A model generated the notes under the pieces. It had not been told where the DNA came from. It ran no database searches and saw only the letters and a list, made by a program, of their open reading frames with translations. This document shows positions 41,263-51,953 of a stretch of DNA of 64,000 bases, one piece after another. The DNA is from an uncultured Anaerolineae bacterium (lineage in GTDB: Bacteria > Chloroflexota > Anaerolineae > Aggregatilineales > Ch27). Each line of letters opens with the position of its first letter. The stretch's first letter is position 1. Made by a program: the position numbers and the translations under genes. The stretch lies in the NCBI GenBank assembly GCA_964533805.1, contig CAZHMJ010000001.1, positions 9,978 through 73,977 on the forward strand, in the 5' to 3' direction.

Positions 41263-42378
41263 ATGGATCCTCTAAGCGAATTCGTATCCCTGCCTTTTGT
41301 CCAGTTCTGGCTGGCGATCATCTGCGTCAGCGGCCTGCTGCTGATCGTGGCCTGGAGCTTCATCCTGCGCCGCCGCAGCCAGCGCCGCGACGCGACCAGG
41401 CAGGCCGAGGCCAACGCCGCGCTGGCCGCCGTCGACCCCGACGCAGTCCCGGCCAAACCTGAGCCGGCTGAGGTGGGTAAGAACCCCGTCGAGGCGGTGA
41501 GCGGCGCCTTGCGCGGCGCGGGGCGCGGCATCCGCAACTTCTTCTTCTACACCGAGGAAGAAAAAGCCGCGCTTCAGACCTCGAAACGGACGGTTGAGGG
41601 AGCAAGCAATCCCCTCCCGGCGGCCCAGGCGACGCCGGCCCTGCCCCACGTCAGCCCGCTGCCCGATACGGCCGAGGTGCTGCACCTGTGGCGCGACGTG
41701 GCCGACGGCAGCCTGATCATCCAGATCGGCCAGGAGTACTACCGCACGATGGGCGATATCGCCGCAGCCGGACAGGAACGGCGCTTCATGGCCGTCCTGC
41801 GGGAATTGGCCCGCATCGCCAAGGAGACGGCAGGTGAAGTCAGCACCCCGGCCCCAGTTCCCATCCAGACAGTCGTCCCGCCCGCGCCGGAAATGGCCTC
41901 CCCAGTTCCATCCCCGGCAGCCGAAACGTCCACCCCGGCGAAAGTAGACAGCGCCCTGCCCATGCCACCACAGCCTGAGGTGGAAGCTATCGTCAAGGCC
42001 GCCCAACGGGCTACGAACCGTCCCTCGCTAACCGCCGACCTCGAACGGGAAAATGCCGGAGGCATTGAGACTGAAAGCCTGGGTACATTCTTCGGGAACG
42101 TACGGGAGGCCGTCAAGCGGGGCGGGCGCGCGCCGGAAAAGAAGCCGGAAGCGCCGCCGCTGACCATCGCCGACCACATCGAAGAGTTTCTCCAGGCCCG
42201 GCTGCGCACCGCGTCACCCGAACTGCAGGGCAGAAAAATTCACATCCGCGCGGCCCTGCACGGCGGCGTGCGGATCGAGGTCGATGGGCGCTTCTACGAC
42301 GCTGTGGGCGACATCGAGGACGAAACCGTCCGCCAGTTCGTGATCGACGCCATCCAGGGCTGGGAAGCGGGAGGCTGA
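41263..42378 (+). CDS. hypothetical membrane-anchored protein with internal duplicated domain
   Basis: N-terminal TM (FVQFWLAIICVSGLLLIVAWSFIL), low-complexity linkers, and two similar segments (IIQIGQEYYRTMGDIAAAGQERRFMAVLREL and IEVDGRFYDAVGDIEDETVRQFVIDAIQGW). Confidence 0.6.
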   Translation: MDPLSEFVSLPFVQFWLAIICVSGLLLIVAWSFILRRRSQRRDATRQAEANAALAAVDPDAVPAKPEPAEVGKNPVEAVSGALRGAGRGIRNFFFYTEEEKAALQTSKRTVEGASNPLPAAQATPALPHVSPLPDTAEVLHLWRDVADGSLIIQIGQEYYRTMGDIAAAGQERRFMAVLRELARIAKETAGEVSTPAPVPIQTVVPPAPEMASPVPSPAAETSTPAKVDSALPMPPQPEVEAIVKAAQRATNRPSLTADLERENAGGIETESLGTFFGNVREAVKRGGRAPEKKPEAPPLTIADHIEEFLQARLRTASPELQGRKIHIRAALHGGVRIEVDGRFYDAVGDIEDETVRQFVIDAIQGWEAGG

Positions 42379-42401
42379 CCCCACCCCACAGTCCTAGACA
42401 G

Positions 42402-42444
42402 AAAAAAAGCGCCGGGAAGGGACATCCTCCCGGCGCTTCTGATT
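42402..42444. terminator. bidirectional rho-independent terminator
   Basis: GC-rich hairpin gcgccgggaagg gaca tcctcccggcgc (42409..42436), flanked by aaaaaaa (42402..42408, a U-run for the minus strand) and ttctgatt. Sits between convergent genes and ends the minus-strand operon. Confidence 0.8.
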
Positions 42445-42457
42445 CGAGCGGCCCGGC

Positions 42458-43321
42458 CTAGCTGTAGGTCACCATTTCCGGCCGGATCTCCGGCTTGCCT
42501 TCAGGGGAGATTCCCAATCGCCCGGCGGGAATCTGGGAGTCGTGAGCGAAGATCAGCAGCGCGTCGCGGTCGAGCGCCCACTGCTGCCAGCGGCGTTTGG
42601 TCTCCAGCGTGACCAGCGGTTCCACATCGTAGGCGCTCATCCAGCCCAGCCGCGCGAACTGGACGGCATACGAGGCCATGTCGCACACGAACAGGGCATG
42701 CTGCCCCTGGCTCTCGAAGCGCACGCTCATGTGGCCGGGCGTATGGCCCGGCGTCCGCACGCCGAATACCCCCGGAGCCAACTCGACCTCGTCCTCGTCC
42801 AGCAGGCGAAGTTGCCCGGTCTGCGCCAGCGGCTCGTAATTGGCCAGGGTGTAGGTCGCCCGCGTGCGCTCGTTAGGGTGCATGGCGTCCTCGAACTCGC
42901 GCCGCAGCACGACATATTCCGCGTTCGGAAAGGTGGGCACGACCTCGCCGGCTTCGTCAAAGCGCGTATTGCCCGCGCAGTGGTCGGCATGCAGGTGGGT
43001 ATCGATCACCAGGTCGACCTCCTCCGGGCGAATACCCAGCCGGGCCAGCCCATCCAGCAGGCCGCCTTCAGGCCGCTCCAGTCGCCAGATCGCGCGCATC
43101 TTGGGCGTGAGCTTGTCACCCATCCCGCTATCGATCACGATCGTCCTGCCGCCGGAGCGGAGAACAAGATTGTGCAGGGTCATCGGCACCTGGTTATCGG
43201 AGTCAGGCATGAGGATCGACTGATACAACGCCCGCGGAACCAGGCCCCACGCCCCGCCGGCATCCACCCTGACCCAACCGTCGTTCACCAGGTGGATTTC
43301 CAGATCGCCCAACCGGATCAT
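42458..43321 (-). CDS. MBL-fold metallo-hydrolase (lactonase-like subgroup)
   Basis: HxHxDH motif THLHADHCAGN, with later GHTPGH and a D/H ligand pattern. The ATG overlaps the add stop (ATGA). Confidence 0.8.
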   Translation of the reverse strand: MIRLGDLEIHLVNDGWVRVDAGGAWGLVPRALYQSILMPDSDNQVPMTLHNLVLRSGGRTIVIDSGMGDKLTPKMRAIWRLERPEGGLLDGLARLGIRPEEVDLVIDTHLHADHCAGNTRFDEAGEVVPTFPNAEYVVLRREFEDAMHPNERTRATYTLANYEPLAQTGQLRLLDEDEVELAPGVFGVRTPGHTPGHMSVRFESQGQHALFVCDMASYAVQFARLGWMSAYDVEPLVTLETKRRWQQWALDRDALLIFAHDSQIPAGRLGISPEGKPEIRPEMVTYS

Positions 43322-44403
43322 CGGCTTCCACTCTCCGCGGTCTGCACCCCATCCTCAAACACGCCCAGCGAATCCAACTCTGTCCGCAGGGACTCCACCA
43401 GGGCCGCTTTGTCCGCCGCAGGCAAGAACGAAGCGGACGCGGCCCGCAGGATCGCCTGGCGCAGCATACCCAGCGTGAATCCGAACGATTGCATGACCAA
43501 CAGATATTCGTCGCTCAGCTCAATGTTGCTAATGGCCGGATCGTCCGTGTTGATCGTGTATCCCAGATTGAGGTAGCTCAGATCGAGGAGTGGGTGGAGC
43601 GCCAACTCGCGCACCACGCCTGTCTGAACATTGCTGGTCGGGCATACTTCGAAAATGGTGCCCCGCTCGCGAGCCAATCCAACCGTCCACGAATCCTCGA
43701 CCACGCGCACACCGTGCCCGATCCGGTCGGTGTACAGGTTCTCGATCGCGTCCCGGATGTTGTCTGGCCCGTGCCATTCACCGGCATGAATCGTGATCCC
43801 CAGCCCTTCGCGCTTGGCGGACAGGAACACCGGGCCGAAGGGGCGAGCCGGGAAGCCTACCTCCCGCCCGGCCAGATCGAGCCCCAGCACGCCCCGCTCC
43901 CGGTGACTCAGCGCGGCCTGCATCGCCTCCAGCGCGACCTCCAGGGGTTCGTGGCGGTTGATGGACACGATCAGGCCCACCTGGATGCCAAACTCCGCCG
44001 CCGCCGCGCGGGCCGCGTCCGCGACCCAGCCCACCGTATCGATCATGGGGAAATGCATCCGCGAAGCCAGCGCGTACGGCGTGAAGCGCAGTTCCAGATA
44101 GCGGACGTGATCGGCCGCCGCATCTTCCACGACCTCGCGAGTGATCCGCCTCACGATGTCGGGCGAACGATAGAAGGTGCGCAGCAAGTCAAATTTGCCC
44201 AGAAAACGATCGAGGGTGCGGGGATCGCCAGGCATCATCTGAACGTAGGGACGCAGCGTCTCCACGTCGTAGCTGGGCAGCGGGATATGGTGCTTACGGG
44301 CCACCTCGACCAGCGTGGACAGGCGAATCGACCCTTCCAGATGGCGGTGGAGATCGACTTTCGGCAGGGCTTGGATGAGGACGCGTTGGTTGTCGCTGGT
44401 CAT
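43318..44403 (-). CDS. add: adenosine deaminase
   Basis: LPKVDLHRHLEGS, ITIHAGE and NTDDP motifs of the adenosine/AMP deaminase family. The ATG overlaps the kinase stop (ATGA). Confidence 0.88.
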   Translation of the reverse strand: MTSDNQRVLIQALPKVDLHRHLEGSIRLSTLVEVARKHHIPLPSYDVETLRPYVQMMPGDPRTLDRFLGKFDLLRTFYRSPDIVRRITREVVEDAAADHVRYLELRFTPYALASRMHFPMIDTVGWVADAARAAAAEFGIQVGLIVSINRHEPLEVALEAMQAALSHRERGVLGLDLAGREVGFPARPFGPVFLSAKREGLGITIHAGEWHGPDNIRDAIENLYTDRIGHGVRVVEDSWTVGLARERGTIFEVCPTSNVQTGVVRELALHPLLDLSYLNLGYTINTDDPAISNIELSDEYLLVMQSFGFTLGMLRQAILRAASASFLPAADKAALVESLRTELDSLGVFEDGVQTAESGSR

Positions 44404-46970
44404 GGGGCTGGCTGTTCCTGAAAGCGAGGCAGGCGCAGGGTAAACGTGCTGCCCTTGCCATGCTCGCTGCTGACGGCGATGCTTCCCTGATGGGCGTCGA
44501 TCACACGCTGAACGATGGCGAGACCAATCCCGGAACCGCCCAAAACAGTCCGGGCCGGGTCTTTGACCTGATAGAAGCGTTCGAAGATTCGCGCCAGATA
44601 TTGTGGCTCGATCCCGATTCCGGTATCGACGACCGCGATCTCGATCGTGTCGCCATCGTCCAGCAGGTGCGTCCGTAGCGTGATCGTGCCCCCATCCGGG
44701 GTGAACTTGACCGCGTTGCCAAGCAGGTTATCAATAGCCTGGTTCAGGCGGCTGCGATCCCCATGGACGATGAAAGGCTCGTCCAGGATTTCGGATACAA
44801 ACCGGAGCGCCCGGTTGCTATACACCACGCGCAGCGCGTCGACCGCCTGGCGTGCCAGGGCATTCATGTCCACCCGCTCGCGCACCAGGGTGGCTTCGCT
44901 GATCTGCTCCAGCGAGACCACGTCTGCGATCAGACGCTGGATCACGTCGGCCTTGTCGCCAATGATCCGCAAGGCTTCCTGCTGGTCATCCGTGACTGGC
45001 CCCATGGCGCTATCTTGCAGCAGGCCCACATACCCCTTGATATAGGTCAACGGGTTGCGCAGCTCGTGGGACAGATTTTGAATCAGCTCCTCGCGCAGCC
45101 GTTCCTGAAGCTTGAGTTCCTGGTTGGCCTCCGCGAGCTTGACCGAACGATCAAGCTCGACCTGGTACAGGCGCGCGTTTTCCAGGGCCGCGGCGAGCTG
45201 GGCGGCCGCGATGATCAGCACGCGCTCATGATCGGGGGTGAAGGCGTCGGGAACCAGACTGTCCAGGTTCAGCGCGCCAATCACCCGGCCCTGAAAAGTC
45301 ACCGGCACGGCCAGCACACTCCGTACCTGGGGGTCGAAAATCAATTGAGAGGGGTCCGCGTACACGTCCGGCACATACATTGGTCGTCCGCTGGCGACCA
45401 CCTGGCCCACGATGCCCTCGCCCGGCCGGAAACGGGCCTGCTCCTGCCAGCGCGGCTTGATCCCGACCGCCGCCTTGATGTGGATTTCCTGCCGTTTCTC
45501 GTCCAGGAGCGACACCACGCAGGCCCGGCAGTCGAAAATCTCGCGCATCTTGTGGACGACCATCTGCAACAGATCGTCGCTGGTCAGATGCTCGGTCACC
45601 TGTTGGGCCAGCGTGTAAAGCGCCTCCACTTCCTCGAAGCGCTGGAGGAGCGAGCCGCCAAATTGCAGGTTCTCGACCGCGATGGCCGCCTGATCCGCCA
45701 TCAGACTCAGCGCGCGCCGCTCGTGCTCGCGCACCAGATGAGGCTCACGGTAGAGCAGCAGCAGCACACCATAATGCACCCCCGACCGGCTCAGCGGGCA
45801 GCCCGCGATGACGGCCGGCAGCCAGTCGAAATCGTCCGCGGCAACCCGATCCGGCTGGGGGGCATCCACGATACACACCCCACCCTGCCCATCCACGAGC
45901 ATCACCACGCTGCCCGGCACGGGATCGCGGCGGTCGTGGAGGGGGCCGTCCACGCCAACCCCCGCGCCAAAGCGCAGTCCGGTCGTGAGCTGGTCGCGCA
46001 CGTACAGGCGCACTTCATCCGGCCGGATGAGCTCGCTGACCGCGTCGACCACGATCTGGGCCAGGCCCTCGAAGCTGGTCATGCTGGTCAACTGCGGGGT
46101 AATTACCTGGAGCGCGGCCAGAACTGCCAGACGATCGGCCGTCTGGCGGTCCAGCCAGGCGTTCTTGAGCGCAATCGCGACCTGTTGGCCAACCAGAGTC
46201 AGAAAATCAAGGTCATCCAGGGTGTACACGTCTGGCAAGTTCGACTGGACGGAGAGAACCCCGACCGCCTCCCCACCCGCCACCAACGGCACCATCATGT
46301 AGGAACGCGGTGTCGATCCAATAATCACCGGCTGGACAGGCAGAGTCTCCCGCTCGGAATCCCTGATCAGGAGACTGCGCTGGTGAGTCAAAACCCAGCC
46401 CACCAGCCCATGCGACGGAAATTGCCCCGGAGGCGACTCGATCGGCCGGCCGGCCTCGATGCCATGCCCAAACTCAATCAGGTCGGTTTCGGCCTCGTAA
46501 CTGGCCAGATAGAAGCTATCGACCGGAAAGAGACCGGCCAGAGTCTCCCGCACGTGGCCCAGAACATCATCCAGTTTGCCATCCGCCAACGCCTCGCTAA
46601 TGGCGTGCAGGGCCGCATAATAGGCTGGCATGTCAGCACCGGCACGCGGCGTGCACGTGACCCATAGATCGTCGCTCTCTGGGACAGCCCGGACCGTCAC
46701 CCAGACCGGTTGAGTGGCATGGACGCTGCTGCACAGCGTGGCCGGATAGTGGCCAGCCTGCACGCGCGCATCATCCACCGCGGTTCGCCACCAGGTCGCG
46801 AAGCTCTGGCCACCCAGCGTGAGGATCGCCGCCAGCCCGCCCGCATCGAGTTCCGATATCCGCGTGGACGCGTCCAGGACCGAGCCGTCCGCCTGAACCC
46901 GCAGCGTCAGGATCGGCTCCTCCTGGGTGGATGCGCCCTGCTCAACTGAGGAATTTGCCTGGTGTCCCAT
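44400..46970 (-). CDS. cytoplasmic multi-GAF sensor histidine kinase
   Basis: Three GAF-like segments. HisKA H-box LSHELRNPLTYIKGY. HATPase N/G boxes NLLGNAVKFTP, DTGIGI, GSGIGLAIV. No TM segments. Start is uncertain: ATG 46970, or TTG 47027 which would overlap the upstream gene. Confidence 0.88.
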   Translation of the reverse strand: MGHQANSSVEQGASTQEEPILTLRVQADGSVLDASTRISELDAGGLAAILTLGGQSFATWWRTAVDDARVQAGHYPATLCSSVHATQPVWVTVRAVPESDDLWVTCTPRAGADMPAYYAALHAISEALADGKLDDVLGHVRETLAGLFPVDSFYLASYEAETDLIEFGHGIEAGRPIESPPGQFPSHGLVGWVLTHQRSLLIRDSERETLPVQPVIIGSTPRSYMMVPLVAGGEAVGVLSVQSNLPDVYTLDDLDFLTLVGQQVAIALKNAWLDRQTADRLAVLAALQVITPQLTSMTSFEGLAQIVVDAVSELIRPDEVRLYVRDQLTTGLRFGAGVGVDGPLHDRRDPVPGSVVMLVDGQGGVCIVDAPQPDRVAADDFDWLPAVIAGCPLSRSGVHYGVLLLLYREPHLVREHERRALSLMADQAAIAVENLQFGGSLLQRFEEVEALYTLAQQVTEHLTSDDLLQMVVHKMREIFDCRACVVSLLDEKRQEIHIKAAVGIKPRWQEQARFRPGEGIVGQVVASGRPMYVPDVYADPSQLIFDPQVRSVLAVPVTFQGRVIGALNLDSLVPDAFTPDHERVLIIAAAQLAAALENARLYQVELDRSVKLAEANQELKLQERLREELIQNLSHELRNPLTYIKGYVGLLQDSAMGPVTDDQQEALRIIGDKADVIQRLIADVVSLEQISEATLVRERVDMNALARQAVDALRVVYSNRALRFVSEILDEPFIVHGDRSRLNQAIDNLLGNAVKFTPDGGTITLRTHLLDDGDTIEIAVVDTGIGIEPQYLARIFERFYQVKDPARTVLGGSGIGLAIVQRVIDAHQGSIAVSSEHGKGSTFTLRLPRFQEQPAP

Positions 46971-46993
46971 ACCGGCTCGAACGCTCACTGTGT

Positions 46994-47299
46994 CTAGCCC
47001 CTGCGCTCGCCGAACAACCAGCTCCAATACTTCCAGGCGGCCGCCACGCCGATGCTCACGCCCAGCGCGAAAGTCAAGGCATAGGCCACCTCGAGGTCAA
47101 CCGTCCTGTTTCCGAGGGTCAGCAGCCGGAACACCGTGCCGCTGATCACCAGTCCCGCCGCCACATAAAACCAGCGATAGTAAGGCGGGGTCTTGGTGAC
47201 CGCGCCCAGACGCTGGCTCAACAGGCCCAGGATTGTGAGCGCGACCGCAACCGACGCCGGGCCTAGCCCTCCGAGCAAGACCAGCAGACTCTCGCCCAT
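46994..47299 (-). CDS. small 3-TM membrane protein (hypothetical)
   Basis: ATG 47299. MGESLLVLLGGLGPASVAVALTILGLL...YYRWFYVAAGLVISGTVF...AYALTFALGVSIGVAAAW. Layout is similar to the gene just upstream. Confidence 0.5.
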   Translation of the reverse strand: MGESLLVLLGGLGPASVAVALTILGLLSQRLGAVTKTPPYYRWFYVAAGLVISGTVFRLLTLGNRTVDLEVAYALTFALGVSIGVAAAWKYWSWLFGERRG

Positions 47300-47313
47300 G
47301 ACCGATCCTATTC

Positions 47314-47601
47314 CTAACGACCGGCGGTCATCCGACGGTACAGAGACACACACAACCAGAGCAAGATGGCGCCGCCTAGCGCCAGCAGCAAATCGGCAAT
47401 CGGCTCACCGCTGGTCCGCGTCATCCGGGCATACTGGGCCGCGGCCAGCCCAAACAAGACAATCGGGAGGCTATACAAGGCATAGCGGGTCCGCTCACCC
47501 GTCAAATTCTGGTAGAAACGGGCCACCATCAGCAGGATCGCCAGCAACACCGCCAGCGGAAACCAGGCATAGATCGTTAAAAACTGAACCAAGCCGGCCA
47601 T
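47314..47601 (-). CDS. small 3-TM membrane protein (hypothetical)
   Basis: 95-aa ORF MAGLVQFLTIYAWFPLAVLLAILLMVA...YSLPIVLFGLAAAQY...LLLALGGAILLWLCVSL. Starts 11 nt after the ATPase stop. Confidence 0.5.
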   Translation of the reverse strand: MAGLVQFLTIYAWFPLAVLLAILLMVARFYQNLTGERTRYALYSLPIVLFGLAAAQYARMTRTSGEPIADLLLALGGAILLWLCVSLYRRMTAGR

Positions 47602-47612
47602 CCTTCCGCTCG

Positions 47613-48395
47613 TTATTCGGCGTGAGTCGTGCGCGCCCGCCCGAACGCCTCTCCGAATGCGTCGGCCGGACTGGGCGTCGGACTGCCACTCATCAGGCCA
47701 TGCTGCCCTTTGAATCGGGCCTGCACCACCGCCCCCTGGCTCGTGATCTCATACTGCCGGATGTCACGGGCATGATCGGAGCCGCGCTGCTTCAGCACGA
47801 GGAGCGCCTTGCGCATCATGCTGTCGATTTCGACATAGCGCAGCAGAAGGTAGCTATCCACGAGGAAAGCCAGCTCGTGCGCCGCGTTGGGATCGCCGCC
47901 AAAAAGGCTGCCCGACTCGCGCGTCAACAGGATCGTCAGGCCAAGGCGTTTCAGCCCGTTGACGAACCCGTAGACGGTTTCGCGCAGGGCCGCCCGATCG
48001 GCGACGATGCGCTCGAAATGCGAGATGCTGTCGACCAGGATACGCTGCGCGCCGATCGCCGCGGCGTGTTGCTCCAGCATGCCGCCGACCCGCTGCAACT
48101 CGTTGAGGCTGATCTCCGGGCTGCTCATCACCACGCGGAGCTTGTTCTCCGCCTCCAGACCGGGCAGGTCCCAACCGAAACCGGCGGCGTCGTGATAGTA
48201 CTGGCGTGGGAATTCCTCAAAGGTGAGGATGATACCCGGCTCGTCGCAGACCGTGACCCCGTGATGGATGAACTGCATGCCCAGGGTAGTCTTGCCCGTG
48301 CCCGGCGCGCCTTCGATCAGGTTGGCCGTCTGCGGAAAGAAGCCCCCCTGCAGCATCGGATCCAGTCCGGGAACCCCCGTCGAGATACGAGTCAT
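47613..48395 (-). CDS. single-domain KaiC-like / RecA-superfamily ATPase (COG0467-type)
   Basis: ATG 48395. STGVPGLDPMLQGGF, Walker A GAPGTGKTTLGMQF, catalytic ILTFEE, Walker B RILVDSIS. About 260 aa, i.e. one KaiC/RadA-like domain. The ATG overlaps the upstream TGA (ATGA). The ORF-track start at 48674 is unlikely. Confidence 0.82.
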   Translation of the reverse strand: MTRISTGVPGLDPMLQGGFFPQTANLIEGAPGTGKTTLGMQFIHHGVTVCDEPGIILTFEEFPRQYYHDAAGFGWDLPGLEAENKLRVVMSSPEISLNELQRVGGMLEQHAAAIGAQRILVDSISHFERIVADRAALRETVYGFVNGLKRLGLTILLTRESGSLFGGDPNAAHELAFLVDSYLLLRYVEIDSMMRKALLVLKQRGSDHARDIRQYEITSQGAVVQARFKGQHGLMSGSPTPSPADAFGEAFGRARTTHAE

Positions 48396-48769
48396 GTCTG
48401 CATCCCCCGGATGACATGGTACATCGCCCGCACACGGAACTGCCGGTCTTCGCACGCCTGGCGAAAACGCCGTACCAGGTCCCGCATGGTCGGATCGGGC
48501 GCCAGTCCGAAGATGGGCTGGTCGGGTGTGCCAGAGACGGCCAGCACGCCGCTCTCCGCCAGAGCGTCCAACTCCCGGCGAATGACCTGCGACTCGCGGC
48601 CGACATAAGTGGCAATCTTGTCCGCCGTATCGACCGTGTACGGGTTGTCGTGGAAGAAGCTCACCAGATCCCACTTGATGAAAGAATTGACCCGGATTCG
48701 AATAAACGCCAGCAGATCGGGATCAATATCATCCATCAGGTGGGATGCCCCCGTGTTGTGCTGATCCAT
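48392..48769 (-). CDS. small hypothetical protein, possible winged-helix partner of the KaiC-like ATPase
   Basis: ATG 48769 lies 9 nt after GAGAGGA. 125 aa. FIKWDLVSFFHDNPYTVDTADKIATYVGRESQVIRRELDALAESGVL resembles a wHTH. No family recognised. Confidence 0.6.
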   Translation of the reverse strand: MDQHNTGASHLMDDIDPDLLAFIRIRVNSFIKWDLVSFFHDNPYTVDTADKIATYVGRESQVIRRELDALAESGVLAVSGTPDQPIFGLAPDPTMRDLVRRFRQACEDRQFRVRAMYHVIRGMQT

Positions 48770-48792
48770 CACTTCCTATCCTCTCGCGGCCG

Positions 48793-51603
<2,811 letters not shown>

Positions 51604-51679
51604 ATCGCCTCATCACGAACACCAGACAACACCGACTCAAAGTGTGCGCGCCGGGCTGATCGGCGGCGTGAACGCGGGA

Positions 51680-51688
51680 ATTATAACA
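51680..51688 (-). promoter_or_regulatory. extended -10 promoter for secA
   Basis: The minus strand reads TGTTATAAT, about 75 nt upstream of the secA ATG. Confidence 0.45.
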
Positions 51689-51776
51689 TACCGAACATGA
51701 GCGCCTCGTTAAAGTCGCATTGGAATCGAAGGCCGGTGCGCGCTCCGATCCGCCTTTTCCGCCATCGCACCCAGGA

Positions 51777-51805
51777 TTGACGCTCCTCCGGGCCGCCGTT
51801 ACAAT
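51777..51805 (+). promoter_or_regulatory. sigma-70-type promoter for miaB
   Basis: TTGACG (51777..51782), 17-nt spacer, TACAAT (51800..51805). Leaves a leader of about 140 nt before the miaB ATG. Confidence 0.6.
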
Positions 51806-51953
51806 AACACATCCTTTGTCAGAAATTCAGTGGACCGCAATCCACAGCCGGCCGCTTGCTCCCCTCTCCGCGTGCGGAGACGGGCCGGGGGTGAGGTCTC
51901 CCCTGAGCCGCGCCGTGTTGCCGTCCACTGAAATTGAGATTCAGGCGGCGACA

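Noticed and set aside
43318-44403. Adenosine deaminase as part of a RADAR-like antiphage system
   Set aside because: The protein has ordinary Add length and motifs (HRHLEGS, HAGE, TDDP), and no giant RdrA-like ATPase is adjacent. The defence interpretation is unsupported, although the unusual coupling to a kinase is reported separately.
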